Made by a program: the position numbers and the translations under genes
In this document: positions 38,600 through 48,411 of the stretch, one piece after another
Numbering within the stretch: position 1 is the stretch's first letter
How the letters are laid out: every line of letters starts with the position of its first letter
The notes under the pieces: generated by a model
Database searches by the model: none
Told to the model about the DNA's origin: nothing
What the model saw: only the letters and a program-made list of their open reading frames with translations
Assembly: GCA_963817525.1 (NCBI GenBank)
Contig: CAWFOU010000007.1
Coordinates: forward strand, 1 to 64,000
Source: an uncultured archaeon
GTDB taxonomy: Archaea; Thermoproteota; Nitrososphaeria; Nitrososphaerales; Gagatemarchaeaceae
DNA length: 64,000 nt
Direction: 5' to 3'

Positions 38600-38755
38600 T
38601 CAGACACGCTTGGCGCGCGACCTCTTGGTCCTGCGTGCGGCAATCCATGCATCCACTATTCCGTTTAGCCACGCATTAATTTCTGGTTCAGGCTGTGCGA
38701 GCTTGGCTCTGAGGTATGACAAGTCCTCCATGTGCTCCTCCTCTGAACGCTTCAT
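38600..38755 (-). CDS. Small hypothetical protein (51 aa)
   Basis: MKRSEEEHMEDLSYLRAKLAQPEPEINAWLNGIVDAWIAARRTKRSRAKRV; TTATAT about 25 nt upstream. Confidence 0.5.
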   Translation of the reverse strand: MKRSEEEHMEDLSYLRAKLAQPEPEINAWLNGIVDAWIAARRTKRSRAKRV

Positions 38756-38843
38756 CTTATGTAAAAAGGAGGAGGGGAAATATAAGCGCACATCCCGTGC
38801 GACAGAAACAGAGAAGCTTCCGGCCTTGGGAGGCCAGACCCGT

Positions 38844-38905
38844 CTAGGTCCCTGTGATCGGCTGGATGTGGACTTCCTCGCCGTGCTCGCCCACAGCGCA
38901 TCCGC
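38844..38905 (-). repeat. Displaced copy of the tes 3' end (att-like)
   Basis: Encodes GCAVGEHGEEVHIQPITGT-stop, versus GCAVGEQGEEVHIQPITGT-stop in tes. Confidence 0.92.
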
Positions 38906-39048
38906 CTCTCCGATCATTGTCGGGTACGGCAGAGAGAAGCTTGGTTCGGCTGTCGCCTCATGGAGCTTATCGCCGAGTATTGGCACGCCCTTCCTAGCTC
39001 ACGGAGCGTTTCGACTTTTCGACAAGAGATTAATAGAGCACTCCGTGT

Positions 39049-39118
39049 TGGCTGCCCGGGCCTCGGGGTCACCCGACGATTTGATGACGAAGGCGGGGTG
39101 CCCCGGCCCGGGCGGCCA
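39049..39118. ncRNA. Candidate structured RNA hairpin, class B copy 2
   Basis: TGGCTGCCCGGGCC/GGCCCGGGCGGCCA outer stem, GGGG.CACCC/GGGTGCCCC inner stem, loop TTGATGACGAAGGC. Confidence 0.5.
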
Positions 39119-39130
39119 TTTTTGAAAAGC

Positions 39131-39160
39131 GAAAAAGGGGAGATGCCCCCGGTGGGGGGC
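39131..39160 (-). terminator. GC hairpin plus U-tract downstream of paralog 6
   Basis: GCCCCC-GGTG-GGGGGC stem, then CTTTTTC on the minus strand. Confidence 0.6.
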
Positions 39161-39177
39161 CTGTTTTGGTTGTGCCT

Positions 39178-41706
39178 CTAGGAGGCGGGCTTCCTGCCAC
39201 GCATGGCAAGATAGCCCGTAGCGATGATGAAGATCACGGCGACTATGGCTACTGCGTATAGCGCTGTGTTGCTGCTTGATGATGTGGATGTAGAGGTGAC
39301 CGTGGTAGTTGCACCGCTCATGGTGACCGTGGTTGTCTGCCCGTTGGCTCCGGTCGTTACCGTGACGGTAGCGCCTGAGGCCGTGGAAGTGGTTGTGGAT
39401 ACTGCCGTCGTTGTCGACACTGATGTAGTCGTGGATGTTGCTGTCACCGTGGTGGTGCTAGTGCTCGCGGTGGAAGGCGGGAGGTTCTGCAGGGTCAGGG
39501 CCACGATGTCTCCTGGCGTTGTGCCTGGACATGTCGAGACGGCCTCGAAGCTGCAAGTCCCTACTGGTACGAGGAGGTACTCCTGCCCGCCGACGGACGC
39601 TCCGATCGTCACGCCTTGGTCCATTGGCGCGCCGATGTAGTAGTCTCTGATCAGCGCGCCTGTCGCGGCGTTGACCATAGTGATGTCGCCCGAGGAAAGG
39701 ACGTTGTAGACGACGTTACCGCTGACGTCGGTCTGTCCACGGTATCCCTGCAAGGACCCTACGGGGTAGTGCCAGTTGAGGACCCCGGTCTGTGCGTTGA
39801 TGGACCACAGCGTGGCGTTGTTGTAGAGGACTCCGCAGCTCGGACACGGCACACCTCCTTCGCCTGTCGAGGAGAAGTAGGTGGACGCGTTGAGCCCGAA
39901 GTAGCCCATGTAGCTGGGTACCACGTGCGAAGTCGGGAAGATGGTGTTGCTCCCTGCGTCGAACGCCTGCTCGTCCTCGAAGCCGGCCAGTTCAGATGGC
40001 CACTGGAGGAACGGAGGCTGCGAGCCCCTGTCACAAGCGATGGTGTATGCCGGGTAGCAGTTGGTGAGTGCGGACGGGAAGTCGATGCCGGTCTGGGACG
40101 CGTTCATCGGGTTCATCGGGTAGCAGACTGGACATCTGCTAGGCCCGGAGGTCTCGATGTTAGCGGGCGGATCCCACGCCCAGATCAAGTTGCCTGTGAG
40201 GGCATTGATCTCGAAGAGGTATCCGTCCTTGCACGTCTTCAGGATGACCTCGGTGTTGACGCCCGAGACGGTCTCGTTGGCTAGGGCTTGCCACCAGGAG
40301 CAGTCGTAGTCCCAGACGTCGTGTGTGGTGGTCTGGAAGCCCCAGACTATCTGGCCTGTGGTGATGTTGAGTCCGAGGACTGAAGCTGACCAGAGGTCAG
40401 GTCCTGGGTCGCAAGGCCCAGTGAACGGGTCCTTGTTGTTCGTCCCTAGGAAGACCATTCCCTCTGATTGGCCGGAGCCCACTATCCAGGCGCCGCCCCA
40501 AGCGGAGCCTGTGGAGCCCGTGGAGCCGCCGCCGTCGATGGCGAGGCACTGGGCCGTCTGGTCGGACTGTCCCCAGTCGTTGTAGAGAGTGGTGTTGAGC
40601 TGAGTTGCCGACAGCGCCTTCCAGTTGACGACGATGTCGTCGTTGACGTTCATCAGCGTTCCTCCTGCCACCTCCGTCGGAGTCGTGTACCCGTTGGTAG
40701 AGCCGTTCTCACCAGGGTAGAAGGTCGTCGCGGTGGTCATGTTGGCGATGAGCTGCTGGTCGAAGTACGGGTTGAGAGAAGCGGTCGGGCTGCCCGGCTG
40801 AGGTGGGACGTCGTACGTGATCCACTTCATGGTCACCGGGTTGGTGTTCAGGTTCCACCCTGCGAAGAAGCCTCTTCCGTTGTCGGCGTCGATCTCAGCG
40901 TCGTGGCCAGAGACTAGGATGCCTAGCTGCTGGTTGATGACGATGTTCGAAGCGCCGATCCCGTTGTAGATGCTCTGCGGGTTGTTGCCTGCCACCATGT
41001 TGAGCCCGGTGAAGTCGCTGAAGTTCAGCTCATGGTCACCGTTCAAGGCGTTGATTGCATAGACCCTGTTGTTCTCACCCTGGTACCACAGCGTCGGGCC
41101 GGACACGCCGGAGCCGAACGTCGCTGTGGAGAACCACTCGTTGCCGTCGTGGTCGTGCAGCGGGACCGGGCCTGTTGCCTGACCCGAGGTCTGGTTGACC
41201 GCGAGGGGCGACTGGTCGGTCCAGAGCACGTCGCCGTTGGCGACGTTGAACGCTATGGTCTCGTCGAAGTTTGTGGTGGCGAACGCCGTGCCGTTGACGA
41301 CGATTATCGCCATGCCTATCCCGGGACCGCCGATGCCGCCCGAGAGGGGCGTCAGGGAGGTCGGGACGTTAGGCAGCGGGTAGAGCCAGGCCAGTCCGAG
41401 ATACTGGACGTTGGAGCTGTTGATCTGTGTCTGCGGGTTGTAGTCCTGGTTGAAGGCGTTGCCGTTCGGGAACTCCCAGTTGGCCTCCGCCTGCGTCAGC
41501 GCTGGCTGGGCTGCGACGGGTGCCGCGGCCGAGGGCGCTGCAGTGTTGGGCGTAGCTGCGGCTGGATTGAGGAGCACTGACGCTCCGATTCCTGAGACGA
41601 TGAAAAGAAGACTTAGTGCGATTGCGCGGATTGATGTGTTGCTTAATGTTTTCTTAATACTTTTCGTAAATTCGTTCGTGTTTCGTTTCGATAATACGTT
41701 AGTCAT
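39178..41706 (-). CDS. PQQ-dehydrogenase-like beta-propeller surface protein, paralog 6
   Basis: Same motifs and anchor as the others; nucleotide sequence in register with paralog 1 (positions 1-840 versus 40441-41280). Confidence 0.88.
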   Translation of the reverse strand: MTNVLSKRNTNEFTKSIKKTLSNTSIRAIALSLLFIVSGIGASVLLNPAAATPNTAAPSAAAPVAAQPALTQAEANWEFPNGNAFNQDYNPQTQINSSNVQYLGLAWLYPLPNVPTSLTPLSGGIGGPGIGMAIIVVNGTAFATTNFDETIAFNVANGDVLWTDQSPLAVNQTSGQATGPVPLHDHDGNEWFSTATFGSGVSGPTLWYQGENNRVYAINALNGDHELNFSDFTGLNMVAGNNPQSIYNGIGASNIVINQQLGILVSGHDAEIDADNGRGFFAGWNLNTNPVTMKWITYDVPPQPGSPTASLNPYFDQQLIANMTTATTFYPGENGSTNGYTTPTEVAGGTLMNVNDDIVVNWKALSATQLNTTLYNDWGQSDQTAQCLAIDGGGSTGSTGSAWGGAWIVGSGQSEGMVFLGTNNKDPFTGPCDPGPDLWSASVLGLNITTGQIVWGFQTTTHDVWDYDCSWWQALANETVSGVNTEVILKTCKDGYLFEINALTGNLIWAWDPPANIETSGPSRCPVCYPMNPMNASQTGIDFPSALTNCYPAYTIACDRGSQPPFLQWPSELAGFEDEQAFDAGSNTIFPTSHVVPSYMGYFGLNASTYFSSTGEGGVPCPSCGVLYNNATLWSINAQTGVLNWHYPVGSLQGYRGQTDVSGNVVYNVLSSGDITMVNAATGALIRDYYIGAPMDQGVTIGASVGGQEYLLVPVGTCSFEAVSTCPGTTPGDIVALTLQNLPPSTASTSTTTVTATSTTTSVSTTTAVSTTTSTASGATVTVTTGANGQTTTVTMSGATTTVTSTSTSSSSNTALYAVAIVAVIFIIATGYLAMRGRKPAS

Positions 41707-41958
41707 CCGTAACAAAAAAGTCGAGCAATCGGATATTATGCATTCGCCGCGACATGGTAGCAGATTCCGACACGAGAAGGGGCGGCATTCGTATTCCCCG
41801 ACTGGGATTAGGTGGACAAGCCATCCGTGCTAGCGCATGGCGCGCCAGTAGGCGGGGGCGCCGACACGGGGAGGCTCGCAAGGCTGACTCGAGCCTATAG
41901 CAGGGATACTGACTGCCTCCGTCTTCATTGCAGCGCTGACGAGACCAATGCCAGTTTT

Positions 41959-42900
41959 TCAGTTCGGCCGGCGCGGCGACGGGCCTTGACCTTGCCTGGC
42001 AATGATTTCATCCAGCGCGTTTTCATAAAGGCTAAGGCTATCGTATTTGAAATTCAATTGCAATTCTTTGACTCCACGCAGGCTGCGGGTCCAATCGACA
42101 ATCTCCTTTACGACATGGATGTTGGGGATGATGAACTCGAAATAGCCATGGCTTGCACTTCCCCATCCAGCCCGAAGGATGTAGTCCTCGAATCTTCCGA
42201 ATATTATTCGGTCTACCTCGCGTTTGAACTCATCTGAGGCGTAGGACACAAAGAGAGAGACTGACGATGCACCCTCAAAGCGACTGACATCGATTATTGG
42301 TCGAAAGAAGATGGCCTTGCTCATGGCGAGCTTCTTGAGCCTCCTCTGGACTGTCCTGCTCGAAATCCCAAGCTTGTCGGCCACCTCGGAGTATCGAATC
42401 AACGGATTCGGTCTGAACGCATTGATGACTCGCCAGTCCGTGCGACTCAACTGGACCTCTGGTTGTGGGTAGTTCACCGCATATGTCGTCAACTCTTTCG
42501 TTCCGGCCAACTCTGAGATTAGTTCGATCCTATTTCTGAAGACAAGTTCGTTTTCGCAGATTATTCCAATACCGAGGGTGTCTACGACCTCGAAGGCGAT
42601 TGATGTAACACCTTGGACAAGCATGATCTTGCGGACTGCGTCCTGTGTTCCCAGCTGCGGACTCACCGTTACTCGGGCGCCGTATAATTTGAGCCCCAGG
42701 ACGCCCGGATTAACCACGAGTTGCCACCCTCGAAATATTCCTGCAGATTCCAATCTGTCTACTCGCTTCCTGACGGTGTCTTCGTCCAGAACTAGCGTCT
42801 TCGCGATCCTTCCAAAGACACCTTGCAACACGGGTTGGCTTCCAATGCTGGAAGTCCCACGGGACAGCCCCCCGAGCACCTTGATGTCGATGCGGTCCAA
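41959..42900 (-). CDS. Lrp/AsnC-like regulator with two HTH modules
   Basis: MDRIDIKVL...IAK.L.LDEDTVRKRV..L...G and LS.TDWRVI...YSEVADKLGISSRTVQRRL; visibly lower-GC DNA. Confidence 0.85.
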   Translation of the reverse strand: MDRIDIKVLGGLSRGTSSIGSQPVLQGVFGRIAKTLVLDEDTVRKRVDRLESAGIFRGWQLVVNPGVLGLKLYGARVTVSPQLGTQDAVRKIMLVQGVTSIAFEVVDTLGIGIICENELVFRNRIELISELAGTKELTTYAVNYPQPEVQLSRTDWRVINAFRPNPLIRYSEVADKLGISSRTVQRRLKKLAMSKAIFFRPIIDVSRFEGASSVSLFVSYASDEFKREVDRIIFGRFEDYILRAGWGSASHGYFEFIIPNIHVVKEIVDWTRSLRGVKELQLNFKYDSLSLYENALDEIIARQGQGPSPRRPN

Positions 42901-43251
42901 ACGAGGTTCACTCGTACGCTTGCGGCGGGACGTCGTCCTGAGAAACTCGTGGAAGTTTGAAGTCGAAGGCTAGTTTTCCCGCCTCAGGCAACCGGCGGGA
43001 GTCGGAAAGGATCCTGTAGACGTTGATGGCGCTCGCCGCGCCCATCCACTCTTCGTGGGCAGGGAACGCCATAGGCGAAAGTGGGCGTTCGGATGTATAT
43101 AGCAGTTGTTACAAATTCTCGTCAGATTATTAACCCGTACGGGTCGGAATCCCAATTTTAGCGGTGCAGTCGATTCGCTGTTCACAACTAATACGGCGAC
43201 CGGGCACAAAGATGGCCCAAGAAAGGCCTAGCCCAGGGACGAGCGTTCCGC

Positions 43252-43302
43252 CTAGGCCCCGGTGATCGGCAGGATGTGGACTTCCTCGCCCGGCTCGCCA
43301 AC
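43252..43302 (-). repeat. Second displaced copy of the tes 3' end (att-like)
   Basis: Encodes VGEPGEEVHILPITGA-stop; shares the core GGATGTGGACTTCCTCGCC with 38844 and 43864. Confidence 0.88.
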
Positions 43303-43344
43303 TCGTGGACGCAACGGTCATTTCTCGCGACTAGATTCTATTCC

Positions 43345-43763
43345 TTAGGCTCGCGTTCGAGCAGGCAGTAGAGCGAGCTTCATTGTCAACCCAAGGACAG
43401 TGTCAAGCATTGCGAACTCTTCCCACAAGGTTTCCGGGCTTCTGACAGCGGCGAAAGGTATCCTGCGAATTAGCGAGACCTCGACCTGTTCGAGGGTTGC
43501 CTTGAGGAGACCGATGTCCTCCGGCGATGCCATCCAGAAATCACTTTATCCATCCATTCCTCGGCGAAAGTGGTGTCCTTGAGCTTCTCTTGGAATGCGC
43601 GCCATTCTTCGGGCTTCAGGGGTTCGCGCATCATCTTTGAGTAGTTCTTTGCCCAACGAGAGTTTGGCGAGACCCCTTTCGCTTTGAAGATGCGCGCGTC
43701 CAAGACCCGGTTTGCCCACTCCGTCGACTCCTCTTTCGATGCGTCCGACGACATCCAAGTCAT
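43345..43763 (-). CDS. Hypothetical protein or proteins (overlapping ORFs, possibly one frameshifted gene)
   Basis: ORFs 43470-43763 and 43345-43533 with protein-like composition; TTATAT about 25 nt upstream. Confidence 0.4.
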
Positions 43764-43863
43764 CGAAGAAGTAGGACCGGAGATATAAGCCTAGATACCT
43801 CCGGCCGATTCTCCAGTCGGGTCGCCTGATGCGAATAGGCTATTCGCGCATTGCGAGGGAAGC

Positions 43864-45537
43864 CTAGGTTCCTGTGATAGGCTGGATGTGGACTTCCTCG
43901 CCCTGCTCGCCGACCGCGCAGCCGCAGCCCGCGTGGTGGGTGCCCCTTCTCAGGGTGCCACGGTAGAGCCCGTCCTCGAGCTTCTTCCCGTTCTTCGCTT
44001 CCCAGGCCTCGATCGGCAGCCCGTACTTTTGCTGTATCTTGTCCCTGTACCACTCGGGGATGACGTTGAACGAGCAGAACGGGATGATCCTCAAGTCGGG
44101 GGTGAGGTAGTGGATGTCGCAGCGTTGGAGCCTCTCCTCGTCCTGATTATACTTATCTTGGAAGTGCATCATGCCGATGAACATGCTCTTCGTGTGGAAG
44201 TCCCCGATGGCCGAGTAGTCGTGCCTGATCAACGCGTTGGTGATCATCTTCGCGAAGCTCATGCCCTTGGGCTGCTTCTCCTTGTTGACGAAGCGGGACA
44301 TCTGGGTGAGGACCTTCCCGGCCACCACGTACCTGTTGGTGCCCGAGTAAATCTCCTCCGTCTTCTCCTCGAGGTACTCGATGAGCCCCTGGATGTCGAC
44401 GAAGTTTGTCAGAGGCACGAGCTTCTTTGTCTCGGCGTCCTCGAAGACGTAGGTCCCCGCGCCGCACGCGAAGTGTATCGAGAGCTCGTACTGCTCCTTC
44501 TTGGTGAAGGCCTCGATGAAGCTCGTCAGCGGAGAGCACGACGGGACTGGGAACCAGCCGTCCGACGTGATATCACCGTTGGTCTGCTCCTCGATCCTCT
44601 TGATGCAGTCGGGTATCGTGATCCGGTACTTGTCCCTCTCCTTCTTGGTCATCCTGCCGGTCAGCGAGACTGGTTGGAAGTTGACCGCGTGGACCGTGCC
44701 GAGGTACTTGTGCCCAAAGTCGATGATCGAGCCGAGCTCATGGTCGTTGACAGTCTTGATGACCGTCGGGACGAGCACGACGCCGATATTGTTCTTCCTG
44801 CACGCTTCGAGCGTGTAAGGCGCCTCCCAGTGGTTCTTGGGGTTCGTCTTCGGGCTAGTGCCGTCGAACGACATGTAGAGGTTGGAGACACCTGCCTCGT
44901 GGAGCCGCCCCGCGAGGGACGGGTCTAGTGCAAGGTTGATGCCGTTCGTGTTGAGCTGGACGTGGTCTATGCCCTCCTCGTGCATCATTCTGATGATCTC
45001 GGGGAGCTCCGGACGGATGGTCGGCTCGCCGCCTGTGAGCTGGACCGAGTTCCCTGGGACTGGCCTCTCGGACTTTAGCGTCCTGGCCATCTCCCTCACC
45101 TGGTCCATCGTAGGCTCGTAGACGTACGCGCCCTCGAGGCCCTTCTTGACGTAGAAGAAGCAGTACCAGCACGTCAAGTCGCACCTGTTCGTGATGATGA
45201 TGTTGGACAGGCCCGTGTGAGATAGGTGGTTTGAGCATAGCCCGCAATTGGCGGGGCAGGAGCAGACGTCCATGGGCACGTTGGGCGCATGGGTCCCCTT
45301 CCCGTCCTTCCAGAAGCGGGCGAACTTTGCGTACATCTGGTAGTCGCCGAAGTACAACTCCTCTGTCTCTCCATGCTCTGGGCACGTCTTGGTCATGAAG
45401 ACCTTGTTATCGCGTTCGAAAACTATCGCCGGGAGTATCTTGTTGCAGTCAGGGCAGATGGACTGCGTCTGTCGAATGAATCTTCCCTTCGCACTCTCCT
45501 TCCTGAGGTCTAGGGAGATGTCTACGATCTGAGCCAT
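43864..45537 (-). CDS. tes: Tetraether lipid synthase (radical SAM, MJ0619/GDGT-MAS family)
   Basis: N-terminal SICPDC...KTCPEHG, CPANCGLC..H, radical SAM CDLTCWYC, LTGGEPT, HFACG, MHFQD..N.D.ERL.RC.IHY..PD..IIPFCSFN. Confidence 0.9.
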   Translation of the reverse strand: MAQIVDISLDLRKESAKGRFIRQTQSICPDCNKILPAIVFERDNKVFMTKTCPEHGETEELYFGDYQMYAKFARFWKDGKGTHAPNVPMDVCSCPANCGLCSNHLSHTGLSNIIITNRCDLTCWYCFFYVKKGLEGAYVYEPTMDQVREMARTLKSERPVPGNSVQLTGGEPTIRPELPEIIRMMHEEGIDHVQLNTNGINLALDPSLAGRLHEAGVSNLYMSFDGTSPKTNPKNHWEAPYTLEACRKNNIGVVLVPTVIKTVNDHELGSIIDFGHKYLGTVHAVNFQPVSLTGRMTKKERDKYRITIPDCIKRIEEQTNGDITSDGWFPVPSCSPLTSFIEAFTKKEQYELSIHFACGAGTYVFEDAETKKLVPLTNFVDIQGLIEYLEEKTEEIYSGTNRYVVAGKVLTQMSRFVNKEKQPKGMSFAKMITNALIRHDYSAIGDFHTKSMFIGMMHFQDKYNQDEERLQRCDIHYLTPDLRIIPFCSFNVIPEWYRDKIQQKYGLPIEAWEAKNGKKLEDGLYRGTLRRGTHHAGCGCAVGEQGEEVHIQPITGT

Positions 45538-45669
45538 CGAGTCCGGTGGGTCAGGTAGAGGATATAAGCATTTTAACTTCTTCTACGGTGAGGAGTGAAA
45601 TGCCCCGATTGGGACTCTGTCCCATCTTCGGGTGTTTTGAAGGGGCGTTGCACGGCGGGTGATTCTGTG

Positions 45670-45972
45670 CTACAAACAGAGATTTCCTATCCTAAGGTAA
45701 GGGTTAGCGATACAATTCGCACAATCGTAACCATCGCTGAGGTGTTGACACCACACGTAAAAATGGTTGGAAGATGGATGGCCGTTGTCGAGGGCGACGG
45801 GGCCGGACATGAAACCATATCCCAGATACTTGTAAGAAATGGACTCGCTGTTCGCCCCACAACACGGTCCTTCGAAAATGTATGGGGTTGGCAGCATCGG
45901 GACAAGCAGCAGGGCCGCGAAAGCGACTCCGCCGCAGACCAGTAGCAGCAAGCCCTTGCTTCTTCCCTTCAA
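45670..45972 (-). CDS. Small Cys-rich protein with N-terminal TM
   Basis: Hydrophobic stretch, then PCC..WC..DCANC..LC; TTG start inferred. Confidence 0.4.
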   Translation of the reverse strand: MKGRSKGLLLLVCGGVAFAALLLVPMLPTPYIFEGPCCGANSESISYKYLGYGFMSGPVALDNGHPSSNHFYVWCQHLSDGYDCANCIANPYLRIGNLCL

Positions 45973-46529
45973 GGTCTCTATGGCAAAGAGTGAACGGACT
46001 CTTCTAAGGCTTGTGACAACAACTCCTTCCAGCCCTTCGGCGCAAGGCCCGCCGCTTGAGCGGGAGTCTGACCTTCCAGCGCCATGTGAGGCTTGACAAA
46101 GTTGTATTGGATTCTCGCTCCTTCGGCGAGCGGGGTCTTCATGCTCTTCCATCCTCGCTGGACCTTGGCCCGCTTGCTCGCGGAGCGTCCCGTCCAACCT
46201 CTCGACTCTTGTTATTAGCGTGGGGCCTTCCGAAGGGGCGTCCCGAAATGGCTGATTCCCGGTTGCCCTACAAGTCCTCTATTCGGCTTCCAAATCTCGA
46301 ATGACAGACCGCACAACCATCCTTTACTTTTGCGAATGAATAGACCGCACCACAATCTTGACACACCCGAAGGTTACTCTTCGATTCAGGCATGGAAACC
46401 TGTTGACAAGTTTCTTGCTTAAAAGAACTATTTTATGGAAAGTCACCAAGCAATACTCTATCTTTTGAGTCTCGTGCGGTCTAGCCCTGACGAAATATCT
46501 AGCGCCGTTCTTCTTGGTGTTGAACGGAG

Positions 46530-46660
46530 TCATCGCCTTTTGAACGCAAGAGACGCGGTTGCTCCGACGATGACCAGACCAATCGATGCAATCGCCGTTA
46601 GGGATTCAAGGTCGGCGGCCGTGATATCGCCCCAGTCCCCGGCAAAGGGGTCAGAGACCT
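46530..46660 (-). pseudogene. Orphan C-terminal membrane-anchor fragment
   Basis: Reads DLESLTAIASIGLVIVGATASLAFKRR-stop just downstream of, and out of frame with, the peptidase stop. Confidence 0.45.
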
Positions 46661-46701
46661 AGAGGTCGAAGTAAAGGTCAGCGTTGGTAATCCAAACGGC
46701 T

Positions 46702-48237
46702 CTATCCGCAGTTGTATTCCGCTGTGAACGTCTGGGCGGAGCTAGTCGCGGTGAAGGACATCGGATCGGCCGTCGCGCCGCCGGACCAGCTGGAGAAGGT
46801 GCAGCTGCCGTAGTTGTCCACTTGCACCTGGTATGACTGCCCTACGGTCGTGGTGAAGGTGTAAGGGGTGAAGCCGTCAGCGATTACCGTCCCGCTAGAG
46901 CTGTAAAGGACCGTGTAGTAGCCGGTGATGGCAGCGCCGTCCTGGTTGACAGAGTTCACCGTGACGCTGGAGCCCGGCGACGTCGTACCTGAGCAGTTGT
47001 AGATCGCGGTGAAGGTCGTCGGTGAGCTTGTAGCTGTGAAAGTCCGGGGGTTGCTGGTCACGCCGTCGGACCACGCACTAAAGACGCAGCTGCCGTAGTT
47101 GTCCACCTGCACACTGTACGCGTCCCCAGACGTCGTGGGGAAGGTAGCTGGAGTATAGCCAGTATCAGCGACGCTTCCGCTGGCGCCGTAGAGGATGGTG
47201 TAGTAGCCGGTGATGGCGGCACCAGCCTGGTTCTGCGAGTTGACAGTGGCGCTGGAGCCCGTACTCGTACTCGTGCTGGATGAGGTGGAAGTCGAGCTCG
47301 TGGTCGTGCTAGTGCTGGACGAGGTGGAACTTGAACTCGTGGACGTACTCGTACTCGTGCTGGTTGAAGTGGAAGTCGAGCTTGTGCTGGTGCTGGTGCT
47401 AGTGCTGGTTGAAGTGGAAGTCGAGCTCGAGGTCGTGGTGGTCGTCCCGCCTCCCCAAGCAACCGAGAAGCTCGTCCCGTCGCTCGAGATCGCAGAGGGC
47501 GTCGCCTCGGTCGAGCCTGAGCCCGAGACCATCGTGATCTCTTGCACGGCAGGCCCGAAGGAGCTGATCGTCCCGGTTACCCCGCTGACCGTGGCGTAAT
47601 CGGTGGAGGCGACGCCGGTGTTGTCTACGCCGTAGAATGCTGTGCCGAAATCAGCCAGCGGCAGAATCCTGGTACTGGAAGAAGGAGCCTCAGCTATCCA
47701 CTCTGCCGAGCTCTCCGCCGCCGAGGCCACCGCCTGGGTGATGCTGTAGGCCTTCCCCGTGGTCACATCGGTGATTGTTGTGGTGAACTCGCCTCCAGAG
47801 TAGGTCACTCCCGCCGACATCTTGTTACCTGGCGAGACTGGGACGCTCGTTATGTCGTAAGAGCCGCTCGGGTAGAACTCGTACCACGCGTAGTAGCTGG
47901 GGGTGCCCCTCAGGCACTGGGCCATCGTCCCCGTCTGCTCCACCGTGTCGGAAGAGTAACCGTCGATCCCCACCCAGAAGGCCGCGTACGAGCTCGTCGA
48001 TGAGCAGGTCACGCTGGGAGCAATCCAGGAGCCCTCCACGTTCGTCACAGAACCCGTGGGGCCTGTGACGGCGTAGCCGCTCCAGTTCTCGCTGCTGCCG
48101 TTGGCGTAGGTAATCCTCGGGTGGGAGGCGGGAGTCACATTCGCCTGGGCGGAGGGAGGTAGAGCGAGGGTGAGAAACGAAGCTGCGAACAATATGAGCA
48201 CGGCGACTGACACGACAGTCGATAACCGCGACTTCAT
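46702..48237 (-). CDS. G1 family glutamic peptidase with two C-terminal repeat domains
   Basis: SENWSGY, WVGIDG, VEQTG, AWYEFYP, SAEWIAEAP, LADFG; S/T linker; duplicated VNS.NQ.GAAITGYYT domain. Confidence 0.92.
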   Translation of the reverse strand: MKSRLSTVVSVAVLILFAASFLTLALPPSAQANVTPASHPRITYANGSSENWSGYAVTGPTGSVTNVEGSWIAPSVTCSSTSSYAAFWVGIDGYSSDTVEQTGTMAQCLRGTPSYYAWYEFYPSGSYDITSVPVSPGNKMSAGVTYSGGEFTTTITDVTTGKAYSITQAVASAAESSAEWIAEAPSSSTRILPLADFGTAFYGVDNTGVASTDYATVSGVTGTISSFGPAVQEITMVSGSGSTEATPSAISSDGTSFSVAWGGGTTTTTSSSTSTSTSTSTSTSTSSTSTSTSTSTSTSTSSSSTSSSTSTTTSSTSTSSSTSTSTGSSATVNSQNQAGAAITGYYTILYGASGSVADTGYTPATFPTTSGDAYSVQVDNYGSCVFSAWSDGVTSNPRTFTATSSPTTFTAIYNCSGTTSPGSSVTVNSVNQDGAAITGYYTVLYSSSGTVIADGFTPYTFTTTVGQSYQVQVDNYGSCTFSSWSGGATADPMSFTATSSAQTFTAEYNCG

Positions 48238-48411
48238 ACGGAGCGTTCTTGGGACTATGAGAATTAAAGCCTTTTGAAAAGTAGTTCTACGTTATGGCTT
48301 CCACCCCAACGTCTACCGCCGCGAAAGTCAATTAATTGCGAGAAACGCCGAAATTTTTCCGCAGGTGTGAAGTGTTCCCGTCACATTGCTTCGTGGACAG
48401 CCATTGCGAAC

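Noticed and set aside
39075-39100. Hammerhead ribozyme or complete C/D box sRNA
   Set aside because: TTGATGA is present but the CUGANGA/GAAA core and a properly spaced terminal CUGA D box are absent; kept only as an alternative K-loop idea.
41959-43860. Integrase for the tes-associated island
   Set aside because: No ORF with tyrosine-recombinase (R...HxxR...Y) or serine-recombinase motifs was found.
47260-47445. Low-complexity GTGCTG/GTACTC repeats
   Set aside because: They simply encode the Ser/Thr linker of the peptidase.
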